A stretch of 64,000 nucleotides of DNA from Paraglomus brasilianum (Eukaryota). The notes below the pieces were generated by a model. That model did not search any database. It had not been told where the DNA came from and was given only the letters and a program-made list of their open reading frames with translations. The translations under genes and the position numbers were made by a program. Below are positions 13,512 to 27,875 of the stretch, one piece after another (the stretch's first letter is position 1; each line of letters starts with the position of its first letter). The stretch covers positions 1-64,000 of the forward strand of contig CAJVPI010000039.1 in assembly GCA_910592345.1 (NCBI GenBank), in the 5' to 3' direction.

Positions 13512-15490
13512 ATGAGCGAAACTCGGATAACAACAACAAATCAAGCCCGTAAACAACATCACGCCCATGCTATCTCGGAACTTCCTAAATCCTTGCTAGT
13601 TCGTCCTCCTTTTACGTCTACGTCGAGATCTAATACAAACCGGCAGCTAGTCTATGGCATCTGTCCTGAATGTAACGAACTGAATTCCTATTACGACTGG
13701 TGCTCATCGTGCATCTACTACAACTATATCTCTTCCAAGGCCGTCTGGACTAGTGGCGACCGGGTTCTAGACAGATTCATCCGTGAAGCACAACGGCAGG
13801 CTGTCAGTAGACACAATTTCATCGAATGGATTCCATTTCTGAGATTCGAGAATGTTACATACCTGCATGGAGGTGGCTTGGGTGACGTCTATGAAGCTGT
13901 ATGGAGTGATGGATATCCACAGGCTTGGGATTACGACAACCAGAAGTTTATGAGATACAAAGATACCAAAGTTGTGTTAAAGTTTATAGAGGCGGCGTCA
14001 AGTGGAGTTAGCGAGTGGTTTTTGAATAAGGTATGTTTGTCAATTAATTGTGAGGGAGAATATTTTGCATTGTGAATATCGAACCACAGATCCATGGGCA
14101 AAGCGCAGCACATATTCATATCTTCTGGGGCCGAGTCTAAAGTCCATGGATTTATTGTCGTTTGGATATTACGTGTGCCACCTATGTCTCGCGCCATTTT
14201 CAAACTTACCCTTGTTTTCTACTCTTGCTTTTGCAGATAAGTGCCTACATCCGATGGCACCAGAACAGCGGGGATCGCTACATCATTCATTGCTACGGCG
14301 TAACCCAAGACCCGGATACCCATAATTACGCTCTTGTCCTTGAATATGCAGCGGATGGATCATTGCGTCAATACTACACTAACAATCGATCGGAATTAAA
14401 CTGGGAGGACAAGCTAAACATTCTCCATATGATAATTAACGGGCTACGGACTTTACACAGCGCGGGTATATTGCATTGTAATTTACACACCGCGAATATA
14501 CTTCAAATAGGAAACATTCCGCATATCAGCGACATTGGTTTATGCAACACGGCTGATTCTACATGTACAAACCAGCTATTTGGCGTGCTCCCTTTCATAG
14601 CACCAGAAGTCTTGCTTACCAAATCCCACACTAGTGCAGCAGACGTATACAGCTTTGGCATGGTGCTCTGGGAACTCTCTGCTGGTACAATACCCTACGC
14701 CGATTGCCCTCACGACGAACAACTAGCCATAGCCATTTGTCGTGGACTTCGCCCTCCTATTCCCGATACCATCCCGTCGTGCGTGGCCACAATAATTCGC
14801 AAATGTTGGGATGGAAACCCGAGTAATCGACCGAGCGTCGAAGAATTGGAGAATATCATCTGGGCTTGGTATGAGGATGTCTCGGATGAGAGTGGTACGA
14901 AAATCGCCATGGAGTTTAAAAAGAGCGACGTGCTCAGAGAGCGGATGCTGAGAGCTATGCGAGGAAAGGAGAGTAGGGAGAGTAGAAGCTGGAATCGGTG
15001 GAGAAATAGAAGAGGCAAAACTGTGGAAGGAAAAATCTCCTGTCATCCTCTGGCGGTATATAAGAGTAGGGCTATGGTATTTCCTGGGTTGGAAGAATGG
15101 AAAAACGGAAAAGAAAATGAGGAAGCGAACAACATTGGTGGTAAGGAAGAAGGCAACAGAACAATTAAGCGCGCAGAAAACGAAAAGAAAGTGAAAGAGA
15201 TCGACGACGGGAAAAATAATAGGGAAGTGAAAAAGATCGATAACAGGGAAAGCAACAAGAAGTCGGGTGGCATTGAGATTGGGAGGAACGTGAAAGAGTT
15301 GAGTGTGAAAGAGTTGAGTGTGAAAGGGCCGCACAATACAGATGGAGTGGTTAAGGGTGAAATAGTGACGAAGAAGGCGGATAATGCAAAAAATTTAACA
15401 CAGGATAATGAAACTCCTCCTAAACAGGAATTCTCTCTCTCATTTAGTGATATAGCTAGCAGTGTTTTGTTCAAGCATCGCCATCATTAG
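13512..15490 (+). CDS. TKL-family kinase-like protein, probable pseudokinase (exons 13512-14030, 14237-15490)
   Basis: CxxC..WCxxC and WTSGD..LD.FI..EWIP leader, GGGLGDVY, VVLK, DIG, GVLPFIAPE, CWDGNPSNRP. The catalytic loop reads HCNLHTAN and alphaC reads FLNK. Charged low-complexity tail. Confidence 0.88.
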
Positions 15491-16070
15491 CGTAATTACT
15501 ATTACTAGTAAATATAGATTTAGCTATAGATAAATTCATGTATATCAATTATGTCATTGTTTATGTCATTTAATTTCAAAAACCTGGTTCCAAGAGTTTT
15601 ATATCGATCATAATGTTCTAACGAATGTTATAATATATGGTATATGTGGGTAGGAACATAAAGAATTTATTGGTGCGCTTGATCTTGGTCTGTGTGTTTT
15701 GACCGTCTCGTATTTACCATTCTTATTCTCAGTTGGAGGGTTTCATCCGAATTACGCTAATCATATGATATATTTCTTCAAATTAATATTAAATAATATT
15801 TACTATTAATAAAACGAATTTCATAGCTATACCTTACACAGTCAACAACTTCCATGAAAGAGAGTCAGTGTTTTTAGAAAAAGAATTACAACACGAGATT
15901 AAGAAGATCTAACCTCTACGGTTAAATCATCTCAATTCAGAGAAACAAAGGTATTAATAATGTTAAGCCAAAAAGGTTGCCACTTATAATCGCTATCAAA
16001 AAAAATGCTTGTATTAAAACTGGTAAACTGTTTAGAGGATGGCCTATCACATAAAGTTTGCAGTGAGGGA

Positions 16071-16107
16071 GGATTGGAGAAAGGATTGGAGAAAGGATTG
16101 GAGAAAG
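16071..16107. repeat. 12-bp tandem repeat (GGATTGGAGAAA)x3
   Basis: Read directly from the sequence. Confidence 0.8.
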
Positions 16108-18544
16108 CTCCTAATCAGATGTTGATATAATCGAATTTGCTTAACAAAATGGTATGCAAAGAAGTTTAACAATTATGTTTTTATCGTCATAAAATTCTTT
16201 TCTATTTGATAAGGCTCGCGTCAGGAGTTAATTCATGTGAAACATATAATAACTGCGCGTACTACTAGAAATGTGAACGCGCATCACATTAACATACAGT
16301 GATTTTTCGCTATCAAAGTCGACAGAATCGTGTCATGATTGTCAGGGTAGACAATAAATGGCACGTTTGGCAGAACCTCCTGTGCATCTGGTGTATGCAA
16401 TCGGTAATCTCTGTCGTTCTAGTTGAGCTATTTAATATCCCGCGTCTACAATAGTGGCGTTCATTAATTAAATATTGATAAATACATAATGTAATAACGT
16501 AATCGAGCATCAATTACAACACGTGATAGACTTGTAGCGATGTATAGAATAAGAATGTCAAAAATCGATTCTTTTGTGGCTTGTGAGAAATCTGAGAAGA
16601 CCGAAAAAGTGGTCTTGTGCATGTGAATGTATTAAAGGTTAGTGTAACATTGGCAAGGGGGTAATGATGACAGTAAGAACAAAATAGTAAGAACAATTTA
16701 CTTGCCTTCAAGCCAAGCCACGAAGCAACCATCTTGATCCTGCCTCATCAAACCATACCTGATAAAGCAGAAGAATGGAAATACTTTGAAACAAATAATT
16801 ATGCGTTGAGGAGTCATTGATGCATGTTTCTTCTTGGATGTGATTGGATGCATTTTTGTTATAACGTATTTGTTCTGTGCTACACACACCCTGCATTCTA
16901 AATCTTGGGCGTTATTGTGCATGATGATCAAGGTTTCCACATAAAACTATACGGAGCAAAAAGAAACTAAAAATTTTCATGTTTCACCAACCCTGTTGCT
17001 TTGTTGATTTATGAAACGCAGACTTGATTTCCGTTGACTATCGTCGGTATTCCGACTGTGACAATGGTATCATTGAACGCCGATAGCTAGCAATTACAAT
17101 TTGGAATAATTTGAAATCTCTCTCGGATCTCGTGAATTGACAAGTTTCTACAAAAGTAGCAAGGTATCCATACTTGACTACCCGTCAAAGTATGCTGCAA
17201 ATCTACGGCTGTGTATCAGCTGTTACGCAGCCAATAGATATAGATGGTCCCATATTAGTATGTTGGCAAGTAATATATTTGTTAGTAGCACAAACATAAA
17301 ACATCAATCATTCCTTTACCCAATAGCAGTTAGTATTAATTACATCGCATTACAGGTGGAGCAGAGAAGTTTCTTTCAAGTTTGAAAGAATTCGAGGATA
17401 GGAAAAAAATATACTCATCTTCAGAATGAGAAAACAAACTCGAGATTAAACTAAGAAACGCGCAAAAAAGGAATTAAATGTGTAAAACTAAGAAATCGTA
17501 AACATAAACATAACATTTGGTGTATAGGAATTTAAATAGTAAAAAGCATAATAATAAGACAGAATGATTGCAAAATTGTCGAAACTTAGCTATCATATAT
17601 CAGAGAGACTAATAAAGAAGAAGAAAACAAAGGAACTCATTATAGTAAACCAATTCGCCAGTTTAAATATCGACTTTTATCGGGCCAGAACAAATGTCAG
17701 AATAGTGATTATTATGAGAGACTTGAACAAATTGAAGCCAAGAACGCAGGTAAACCAACCTCGCATAACTGGATGCCTGTTACAATTGCTTTCCATGCGC
17801 GCTGTTATTTCAATTGATTTATCTCGAATTTTCCACGTGAACCACATCTAGTGTTATGCCTTTAGCGTTTAATCGTAGGTGTAACTAATAAAACTCCACA
17901 TCTAGTGTAATGTAATCGACAATATTATCCTTCCAGTCGTAAGAATTAGCAGTCTTTTCCTTGTTTTCATGAAAGTCATATTCTTAATACGAATACAATG
18001 CAATTCAGTTATAGCAATATCTGATTAGTATTAGCAACTATCATCATTAATTAATTCACTGTAATTTGCTATGGTTCTAATATGATCAATGTCGTACAGA
18101 ATAAAAGCTTCCCCACTACTAAATTCTTACCGAGTGTCGGATATTAATCGTTTTGACGTACAAAACCAGTAAAACACCTGTTCTTAGCATGATTCGCATA
18201 CGAAGAAACCAATGGCAGCATCACACCTTGTTGCTGCACGACCCTCACGCTAATGAGCAACATTATCTAATAACACGTTTGTAAGACTAATAAACTTCTA
18301 GCTATCCCAATATAGCAAGGCACCAATCGTCATAAAGTTTATAAAACTTTTGCTATTCCACAGTCATAAAGTGTCACAAAAGAGTCGAGAAAGTGCCGTG
18401 CAACTAATGATTGTAGACGTCGATCATATTCTTTTATGAGTTGGAATACAATGCCTAGATGACTAAGTCTTTCTTATCTGATTACCGCGTCTCCAAACTG
18501 AAACTCTCTTTTTCAAATTCCCCCCCTAATAACTTTGCTGAGAA

Positions 18545-20039
18545 ATGGGTGCAAAGGTTAGCAGAAATACTCGAAGTGTTAAAGCAGCCGCAAAACTACA
18601 CGAACACGAACCTGCTGCGTGTAAAGATTGCAAGACACCGTACCCAACTGCAGAGCATTGGTGCAAAGTATGCAATGGAAGACGCTTTACTACGCAGTTT
18701 AAGGAGTGGACAAGTGGGAACGAAGACATTGATACTTTCATTCAGGAAGCACAGACTTCCGCCACAGAACCTGGGAAAATCTTGGAATGGATATCATTCG
18801 AAAAGTTCGAAGACGTTGAGAAGAAAGGAAGGGGTGGGTTTGGTACTGTGTATCGAGCTAAATGGAAGGAGGGCTATATAAGCGATTGGGATCCTGTTCG
18901 GAAACAATGGGATAGGTCCGGAGGGATGGATGTCGTGCTCAAATCCTTGGACAATTCCGAAGATATTTCACTTGCCTTTCTTAAAGAGGTAAACTAACAT
19001 TCATACAAACATTAACTTTAATATCTGTGTAAACCAGTTATTTAAAATACATTGCTAACGTTGCTCCAATTCATCTGCACTCTCCCCCCTCTCCCCACTC
19101 TCCCCACTCTCTCCCCCGGTCATTTCCTCGTCTACTCTTGCTCGACGTTTGTATTTCTAGCTCAGAGGATATGTGTCTTTGGGAAAACACAGAACATCTA
19201 TAGTGAAAAGTTCAGAAATTAGCGACGATGCGCAAAGGCATATTCTCCCATGTTATGGATTTACAAAGCATCCAACTTCTCGTAATTTCATGTTGGTTGT
19301 TGAATATGCTACCGACGGCAATCTACGGGATTATCTACATGTAAACTATGATAACACACCCTGGAGATATCGTTTGTCGATACTCTGGACGCTGGCCGAG
19401 GGTTTGAGAATAATTCATAACAACAACTTGGTACATAGAGATTTTCATTCGGGAAATGTGTTGCAGCAAGGATTATATTCTAGAATCGCTGATGTAGGTT
19501 TGGCTCGATTACCGAACGGTGCGCCGTTACCCTCTAATGCAGGTCCGCTTGGTGTTATGCCATATCTAGCACCCGAAATACTTCGTCATGGATCATATTC
19601 CAAAGAAGGAGATATATTCGCTTATGGAATGATAATGTGGGAGATATCGTCGGGACAACAACCACACAGCGACGTTGCTCATGATCGCGAATTGGCTCTT
19701 CAGATCTGTGCTGGATCACGGCCGCCTATAATTCCTGGTACACCCGAATGCTATACGGATCTAATGGAAAAGTGTTGGGATGTTGATCCTGAAAAGAGAC
19801 CTACTGCAGAGGATTTGTTGTTGATAATGGGACAATGGGATATTAGTGTGATTAGAGCTGCTGAAGAGTTTAGAAGGAAGACGTTATTGTTTCAGAAAGA
19901 GCCTGCTCATCTGTCAATGAATATCCATCCAGATGCTGTATATGTTAGCAGATTATTGCCAAATATCAGCAATTATTCTGACAAGGATATTAAGGCGTAT
20001 GGAGAGAGAAGAAAGCAGCAGGCGGCAGATGAGAGTTAA
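18545..20039 (+). CDS. TKL-family protein kinase with N-myristoylation consensus (exons 18545-18988, 19161-20039)
   Basis: MGAKVS start, CxxC..WCxxC, WTSGNEDIDTFI..EWI, GRGGFGTVY, VVLK, FLKE, HRDFHSGN, DVG, GVMPYLAPE, CWDVDPEKRP. Phase-0 GT-AG intron at 18989-19160. Confidence 0.92.
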
Positions 20040-21899
20040 TGGTAGGATGTTATAGTCGAACATATGTGTGTTGGGATTTATATATGTATACTAAAGACAT
20101 TTACAGTTGTTAGCAAATATTTCCTAATCGATTTGTAAGTTTGTCGTTGTTTGTGGAAAGGTAATTATGTGTACTATGTCTAGTGCTTAACTCACAAGGC
20201 CTGTGCTATATAATTACTCAATCGTACCATCCCGCTATATTTGTATTCGGATTCTTTCCACTGTGTAGAACAACGCAAACCATCAAACAACAACAAATTA
20301 TTAACAGCGTACATTCTTTTAATCCTTTTTATTTTTTTTCCTTATTTCGTGTTAGAATATTAAATCATGTCTGGAACATTCATTAGAATTCGAATGGTTT
20401 CATCTATTGCATAAAGTCTATTTGGGATAGTTTGTTACAATCATTATTTATTATTATAAATATACTGATCACAACTCAGGAGGATTTTCCCGACTTCTGG
20501 TTGCAGATTCGAAAGTGAGCGGTAATGAAACGGGGCAACGAATAGATTATATCCTAAAGACGCATTTAATAAATCGTACTATACCATCTTCGCTAGTCGG
20601 AGATCAAGACTATTGAGTTGCTTGTGAGATGCCTGTATATGCAACAAAAGTAAAGGCGATGACGCTGTGGCCGAGGGGTCAGAAAAATCTCTCTGAATGA
20701 CAAAGTTCACGAATATAATCTGAAAAAGCTTTCTCTCTTTGTAGACAGACAAATTGCGATATGCTTGGTTGAAATGTTGCTAGAGCAGAAGGTGGCTTAC
20801 CCAGACAACTGAGATGACTGTCATGCGATAGATAAGCCTTACGAACGGATCTTACCAGTGTAACATTACTTATTATTTTTGGCATCCTTTACCCTAACCT
20901 ATTACTATCTGGAATGACTATGAATTCTCGCTTTCCAAGATTGATTCCACTTTGCCAACGAGAGGGTATATTCTTTTGCAGATTTCGAAGCATCTCGTTT
21001 ACCAGATTTATTCCTTGACATGATTGAGCAAAGCTTAAACTAACGACTCACAAAGGCCTTATTATTATGGCAACTACTTTGTTGGGCCTGTAGGATGGCC
21101 CTGTTAATCTTCTTGTTATTGTGTAGTACATTATTAAAGTCTATATTAATATATGAGATTCCTAATGTATACTGAGAATTTGTAAGAAAACATGCAAAAT
21201 CTGAAATCTCCAATTTTTGACAATAATGGGAACCTGTAAATGCTTTTTGTAATCCAAAGGAGCAGGGATTAGAATTATATTCAACTCCAGAGCCAATGTT
21301 AGGAATTAGATACACAGATGAAGAACAAAAAAGTTGATATTGCTCAAGCACATCCTAATCTTGCCATGTTATCACAACTTCAATATAACTTACTCTTCAC
21401 AATCACAATGTCTAGCAAGTCAAGCTCCTTCCATAATATTAGAACTTTATTATTTATTATATATTAATATTATATCTCAAATCCATTGATATGTACTATT
21501 CACTTGTCTATATTCACCATTAAGTTGAATTGCTACAAGTTAACATGACATGCTCTACAACTTATACCATCAGCTTGTTGAATGTAAGGATGAACTTGCA
21601 TTTCTTGTGCTTCTCAGAGACCTTGTATCAGTTGTTTAATGTTGCGTTCGTCGCAAAATACGAGGAAACAGCTCACCGCAAGGTATTGCAGTAAATTCAT
21701 CGTAAGCGCTTTTTTTCGGTCATTCTCACCAATAGTAAAATAATGCTCAGAATTGATTAACACATTATTGACTGTTCTTACTGTCGTTGGTATTCATAAT
21801 TATAAGATAACAGTTCCGCCCCTGGAACTCGGCTGCGATAAGCTGACAATCAAGTTCCATGACGATGTCGCGGATGTATTGTTTGTTTTTCTTTTTTTG

Positions 21900-22348
21900 T
21901 TTGTTGTTGCTGTTGTTAGGGGCAGCAGGACATCCGCATCATTCTTACTTCTCGGCCGACGGTTTGCGCCTCGCGTTTTCAACCGGGCAGTATATATCCA
22001 CATTTCGAAATTGGCCTGATGATAACTATCGCGTCGTTGAAAAACATAATTGTAATTTCGCTGGCAAAAAAGCGTTGCTGATCTTCCAGCGCATTCAGCA
22101 ACTTTTCCATCTGCTTTTGGTGGTGTACTGCTTGTAGCTTGAGCAGGTCTTGCAGGACGAATGAGTGCCGCGCAGTTGGAGATTCTAGGCTCGGGTCATT
22201 GTTGTATCTCCCTGGAGATTGTAATTGTTGTCCATTAGTTGAATTTAACACCGTCAGATTATTATTGTCAAAATATAGCCTCCATGTGTTGAATTCAAAC
22301 TTGATAGCTTGTGGATGGTTGACAGAAATTGATCTTGGCTTATTAATG
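21900..22348 (-). pseudogene. Possible exon remnant of an unknown protein
   Basis: An acceptor-like tttccgttacag is followed by a roughly 120-codon open frame with a coiled-coil-like stretch (LQDLLKLQAVHHQKQMEKLLNALEDQQR), then stops. No clean upstream exon found. Confidence 0.25.
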
Positions 22349-24332
22349 CTGTAACGGAAAAGGATTATCAGTCATTGAATCAAGAGCTGAAGTGAAAAAT
22401 CTGATGCAATTACTATAGCATCATCCTCCCAATAAATATAACAAATAAAACCATATTATTATCTTATCCTATGTCTATGTTCTCAATACCCCAGTAACAA
22501 ATTTCATAAACTCACAATACCATGTTACTATGTTTACTCTACCCCTTATACACGCGATTCTATGTCCCCAACGCTCGCGTCACAGAATCGTTACTACACT
22601 ACTCACCAGGAGTCAAGAAAAGTCGATTTACTGCTTGCCTGTAGTGCAGATTGAAAGAACTTCCTGCTCTTCACTCTGCCGAGTGATATTGAAGAAGGAC
22701 CGCAAAGTATACAATGCTAGTGGCCTCGATGAATATGACGTATTAGGAACTTGCATAGGTGACCAATAGTAATAATGCGCAGAAATTCGCGTTTAATCTA
22801 ATAACCATTCGTGTGTAGGAATAAGAACAGCACTTCAGAACATCAACCACAATGCAATAAATTTTGTCACAAAGTCGGCGAATAGATTTTACTTGCTAGA
22901 TATTGAAACGTTGTGGGACAATATAAAACAATTACTTGATAGAAGAACTTTATCTACAATAAGGGATTTTAATCTTCGAAGAACAAAAAAATCAGAAGGT
23001 AAATTTGCGATGAATTTATTAGAAAAAGAATAAATATGCAAAGGATGGAGGCAATCGTAATGAAACGGCGAAATGAGAAAGCAATTACTTTTATAGTAAA
23101 AATAATAAATATCTGTCTTAACGTTATTTCCATGGCACTATATTCGGTCCAAAATTTTTGGGCGCGTATTATAGCTATGGATATGTTAGAACGTATCATT
23201 GTTTAGCCATAATAGCCTTTCAAGGTCTAAAAAACACGCGTATGTTAAATTACTTTGATCTAAACGGTTTTATATTTTGGAATGAGAGAATAGGTTAGCT
23301 ATTAAAATGCGAGTTGGAATGAATCTGTGATTAACAATCTCTGAAATGTGCTATGGAGGTTTACCTTGTCTGGTTTTGTTGCAGCATGCTGCAGATGATT
23401 GTTTAGAAAGCTAGAATAATTATAACTAGGATCTTATGTCGGAACTTATAGAAAAGTAACAGCCTCAAGTCATAAAAAGTAGCTTCCAAAGATATAATAA
23501 TTACTGAAATTGACGTAATAATATATACAATATATTGAATTGTGTGTCCTTTATTAAGCACAGCTAAGGTGGTCCTCTAGAGCTGCTATATACAATATAT
23601 TGGATGACTACTAATAAGACAATTACGTTTTTTGGCTGTAATTAGTATTGTTGTATTGCAGTGCTCTTTCGTTATTATTGTCACAAATCTTTGTAGCAAC
23701 ACGTTGTCAGCAAGATAAGGCTTTATTTACATGTGTTTACGGCATCTAAACTAGTGATTTTGTATACTTACTTGAGAAGAATAAACAGGTTGTTACTCGC
23801 TTATAGTCGACGTACAGTGTTTGAAAAATGTTTTAACGTATTTCTACTGCCCAAATACGATCTCGCTATTTAACTGTAAGATTTATTCTTCACTTAATAT
23901 TAATGCATTGTACATCAGGTAAACAATACTTTGCGCTGGAAGTTTGGCGTGTTAATTGCTATTCTACATTAATCAAAAGCTCAAACTGTTTAACTCTTTT
24001 TGCGAAGACACTAGCTACGTCGATAAATTATAAATTACTGGTATGATTGCACATTATGCTGTAATACACATCAAAGTAAATCTTGTATGCCTAATAATCC
24101 AATTGCCGCATTTATCAAATTAATCTCACCTGCATATCAATCTGGTTCGAAAGTAAAGAAGTTTCTTGCTTGTGAACGGATTCTTGCAGATCAAGTAGTA
24201 CCATGCTCATACCGCTATTAAACAGACAGTCTTCCAAACAAAACCTGTTATTTTAGTTCTCCTTTTGGAATCAGCAGCCCGTTCTTTGGTTATTATTAGT
24301 TATTACTATTGGTACACCTGTTTATTAAATGC

Positions 24333-24333
24333 T

Positions 24334-24365
<32 letters not shown>

Positions 24366-24366
24366 G
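24333..24366. repeat. (TTG)n microsatellite
   Basis: About 11 TTG units, read directly. Confidence 0.9.
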
Positions 24367-25683
24367 CTGTTCCGTTTGCTATTTACGTTATTTGTTCCAC
24401 AACTAACGAGTTCTTACTTAGCTTTTTTACACTTGTCATTTAACTTTAATTTGCTTTCATTTTTAATAAAAACGACTAAAGTTTAATCGATTATTTTAAA
24501 GTTCTTTAAAATCAGATATGACCTATCATCGTAATATAAACTCTACCAAGTCTGACCAATTGAGCGCGAGAAAGATAAAAATTACGTAATAATTAAAAGC
24601 TATTTTAAAAAGGCTAATATTAATAGATATGGGTGGGTTAAGGCATCATCAATTATAATTATAATAGGTAATTTAAATTATTTGTCAGATTTACTTTACC
24701 GTTTTTTACGCTTAATATTAAGATCTGCACATATAAATCTTTGTGCTATGTATGGAATTATTACCTAATAAAAGATAATCAAATTCTCAATATTAGCTGT
24801 CAATGACGTGCTCCGTTTAACCTAAATACGTTGTACTTGCTAAAGTTTAAACCCAACCCATTTTATCAAAGGTGTCTTTTAATATTAACGGTTTATTACC
24901 CACTCATTATTGGAACTAATCTAACCAATACCCAGATCATACCCTTTTAATGCAAGAAGTTATTTTTATATTTTTGGAACAAGTAAGAACAATAAATATC
25001 TCAACGCCATTGATCATGCACAGATGTGGCTTTAAAACCTTTATGGCGCCTTGTTTCACACTGCCCGCCTGGTTTTGCTGAGTAGAAACCGTTGGAGCTG
25101 TCTGGATTGGCATCTTCAATACTGGATATAAATTTGGCTATTATTTGGGTAATAAAAATGGGAATGATCATTGGTTGACGTTTATACGAAAGAACATCCG
25201 GCAGAGAGAGTCGCTGTTTGCTATGGTAACAGCGTTGTAGCAAAGCCTTGCATATCGTATGTACCAACGCATAGACATTCCAAATGTGTGCATAACAATG
25301 ATAGAGTATGCTACAATATGCACGCAGACTTTAGAAGGAAATTATTTAGTACCCGCGCAATCTTAACTAATAAGGTTTAGCTTGATTTAATTATCAGAAT
25401 GACTTTTCCAAAGATCTTAGTACAGCCACCTACATAACATAATATCCGAACATTTCCATTGTAGCTATTGTAACCGTATTGTGTTTTAATCATCATCTAC
25501 AATTCTTTATTGTACAACTATCGAACAACACTCCCATCGTTTCATATTTTCCAGCTTTGCATATGGCGTACTTGCACACATCCTTGTGACATCATGCATA
25601 ACGACGATTACTATAAATTACCTCGCTTTTTCTTCAAAATAAAAATTCGAAAGGCCTCAAACCGTCTTTCGTCCAATATTAAT

Positions 25684-26717
25684 ATGATGGCGGGTAATTC
25701 GCAAAACATCGAGCCTGTAATTGTTGATGATAGGATTATATTGAACGTTGGTGGAATCAAGGTAAGAATTTGTACGAAGAAATATGGTGAGTGGAATAAA
25801 AGATCAAAATTTGATACCGATAGACTCGGGAAACTAACTAGCTTTTTTCTTTGATAGTACGAAACATGCAAGAGCACCTTTACTGCTTATCCAGATACAA
25901 TGCTGGGAACGATGTTCCATGAGAGAAACAAGTTTATGTTACATCCAATATCAGGAAATGAACACTTTATTGACAGAGATGGTCATTTGTTCCAGTATGT
26001 AATGAAGTTCTATCGAACAGGAAAAGTGCCCCGGCTAGATGAAGGTAAGTCTAATGAATGTGTGGAAGATTTCATGCTTTCGATGTTTATGCTCTAGATT
26101 TTAATACATTTTAAAATCAACAATCGCACTTGCACCCCCCCCGCTCGTGCATTAAAATAGTAATAACACAGGTACCCATTTCTCAGGAAGAACTCGATGA
26201 GGAGCTTGACTTTTTCATGATTCCACGTAATAAACCCTCTCGCGTAAAGCCCACCAAAAGAATCCACGTTCGCGATTTAATAATCTCCTCCCAACTGGCT
26301 GCCTTTATCAATGCCCTCCGACAAATAATCAGCATTCTCTTTTTAGAATTTAAGGAAGAATTTCTCATCAATCGGCACTTTCCAATTGGGATACAACTAA
26401 CATTCTATGAACGAAAAAAGCTACAAATATTTATCATTGCTCCACCCTCAGGCTTAAAAGCTCGTATAGAAAAGATCATTCAGCCGTTCGAAAGCATTGG
26501 ATTTTGTTTGTTGGAGGGATTCGCTGATGACGTTGAGAGATATTTCGAAGACAGCATCACGGGAATCGAGTGGGATTGCATCGAGAGGAGAAAGTACTTG
26601 GAGCATGGAGGGATGGTGAAGTTGTTTGATTTGAGGATCACGTTGGATGACAAGTGTGACAAGACAGATCTGATGAAGAGCTGTTGCTTGAAGAGAGCGA
26701 GAGGTGAGAACGGGTAG
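25684..26717 (+). CDS. BTB/POZ (T1/KCTD-type) domain protein (exons 25684-25761, 25858-26044, 26161-26717)
   Basis: RIILNVGGIK|YET..ST.TAYPDTMLGTMF...NEHFIDRDG.LF.YVM.FYRTGK...EELDEELDFFMIP. Introns are phase-consistent. Confidence 0.92.
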
Positions 26718-27269
26718 GATCAAGAAACCCACAGATTATTAGCTCCCGTTTCGCAGAAATGGGTCGATACTCAGTAACGCATGTCGAACTATTTTGGGTA
26801 GTGTGAAAATTAACCTTCTGTATGTATAACTTATAGATATTATATCGTCCTAAAATAACTGCTACATACCTGTAAATGAGTTTCTTTATATATTAGCTTC
26901 TTTCGTTTTTCCTCCATTTCCCAATGCCAAAAAAACAAACATTATGCTTCAACATTAGAATAGTGTTCGGTAAAAAGCACAATTGCTACAGTTTAAGAAA
27001 TAAGTTGTAAGTAACAAAAAGTACCTTGTAACATGGACAATTCATTTTTTATAAACGAGTAAGATATTAATGTTCTTTGTCGATTATAATTATCATTGCC
27101 TGCAAATTAAAATGAAAGAACCAATTAACACAGTTGTCTCACATGACTTGGGGTAATCAAATTTCCGAAATTTTGAAATCTTCGAATAATTCACGTGATT
27201 TATCGATATTAAATATCCAATAAAATTGGTTGATTTTATTATGGCGTACACAATACAAATTGTTGCATG

Positions 27270-27875
27270 TATAACAATATTATTAATAGCTTCTGCTGAT
27301 GATTCCTTTCTCACTTTCTCTAGTTCCTCTTCTTCTTTTTCTTCTTCTTCTGAATGCCCTTGAATAGTTGCTACAATTTCTCTCATAATGCGTGAGGTTT
27401 GTTCTTCATTACACTATAAATTCCTTCCTCATCAATATATTCACGAACTGCAGTCATGGGTTCTTCTAATGGTAGTTGTTTTATTAAATTAATTACTTCA
27501 GATTCGAGATTCTCATCATCTTCATTTGTCATCGAATATGGCGACTCGTTATTATTTGAAGGTGACACCGATAGAGAGCAAGCGTATAATAGAAGGAAAA
27601 TGCTTTTACACAATAAACTGACACAACGATGTGGAAGCTTTAGATCTTTATTGATGGTAGATTGAAAGATTGAGATCGATTATTCTGATTAGTTAATTCC
27701 TATAATGAACTTCGTTATACAAATAAATTCGTTCAAGCGAATGCTTTATTACGCAAGGCATTATATATATATATATATATATTCGTTAATCTGAAATTAT
27801 TCTGTTAAGAGTGAACTGGTTCCAGAAAAATACTTTGTTATAAGAAATCTTTGTTAAAGTGAATTTCACAGTGTA
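27270..27875 (-). mobile_element. Decayed pogo/Tigger-like transposon remnant
   Basis: Frameshifted peptide EVINLIKQLPLEEPMTAVREYID...EIVATIQ..EEEEKEEEELEKV resembles the acidic C-terminus of pogo/Tigger transposases. CGTTATA/TTATAA end-like motifs at 27710-27875. Confidence 0.5.

Noticed and set aside
14710..15474. Long antisense ORFs over the pseudokinase tail
   Set aside because: Shadow frames of a purine-rich low-complexity coding strand.
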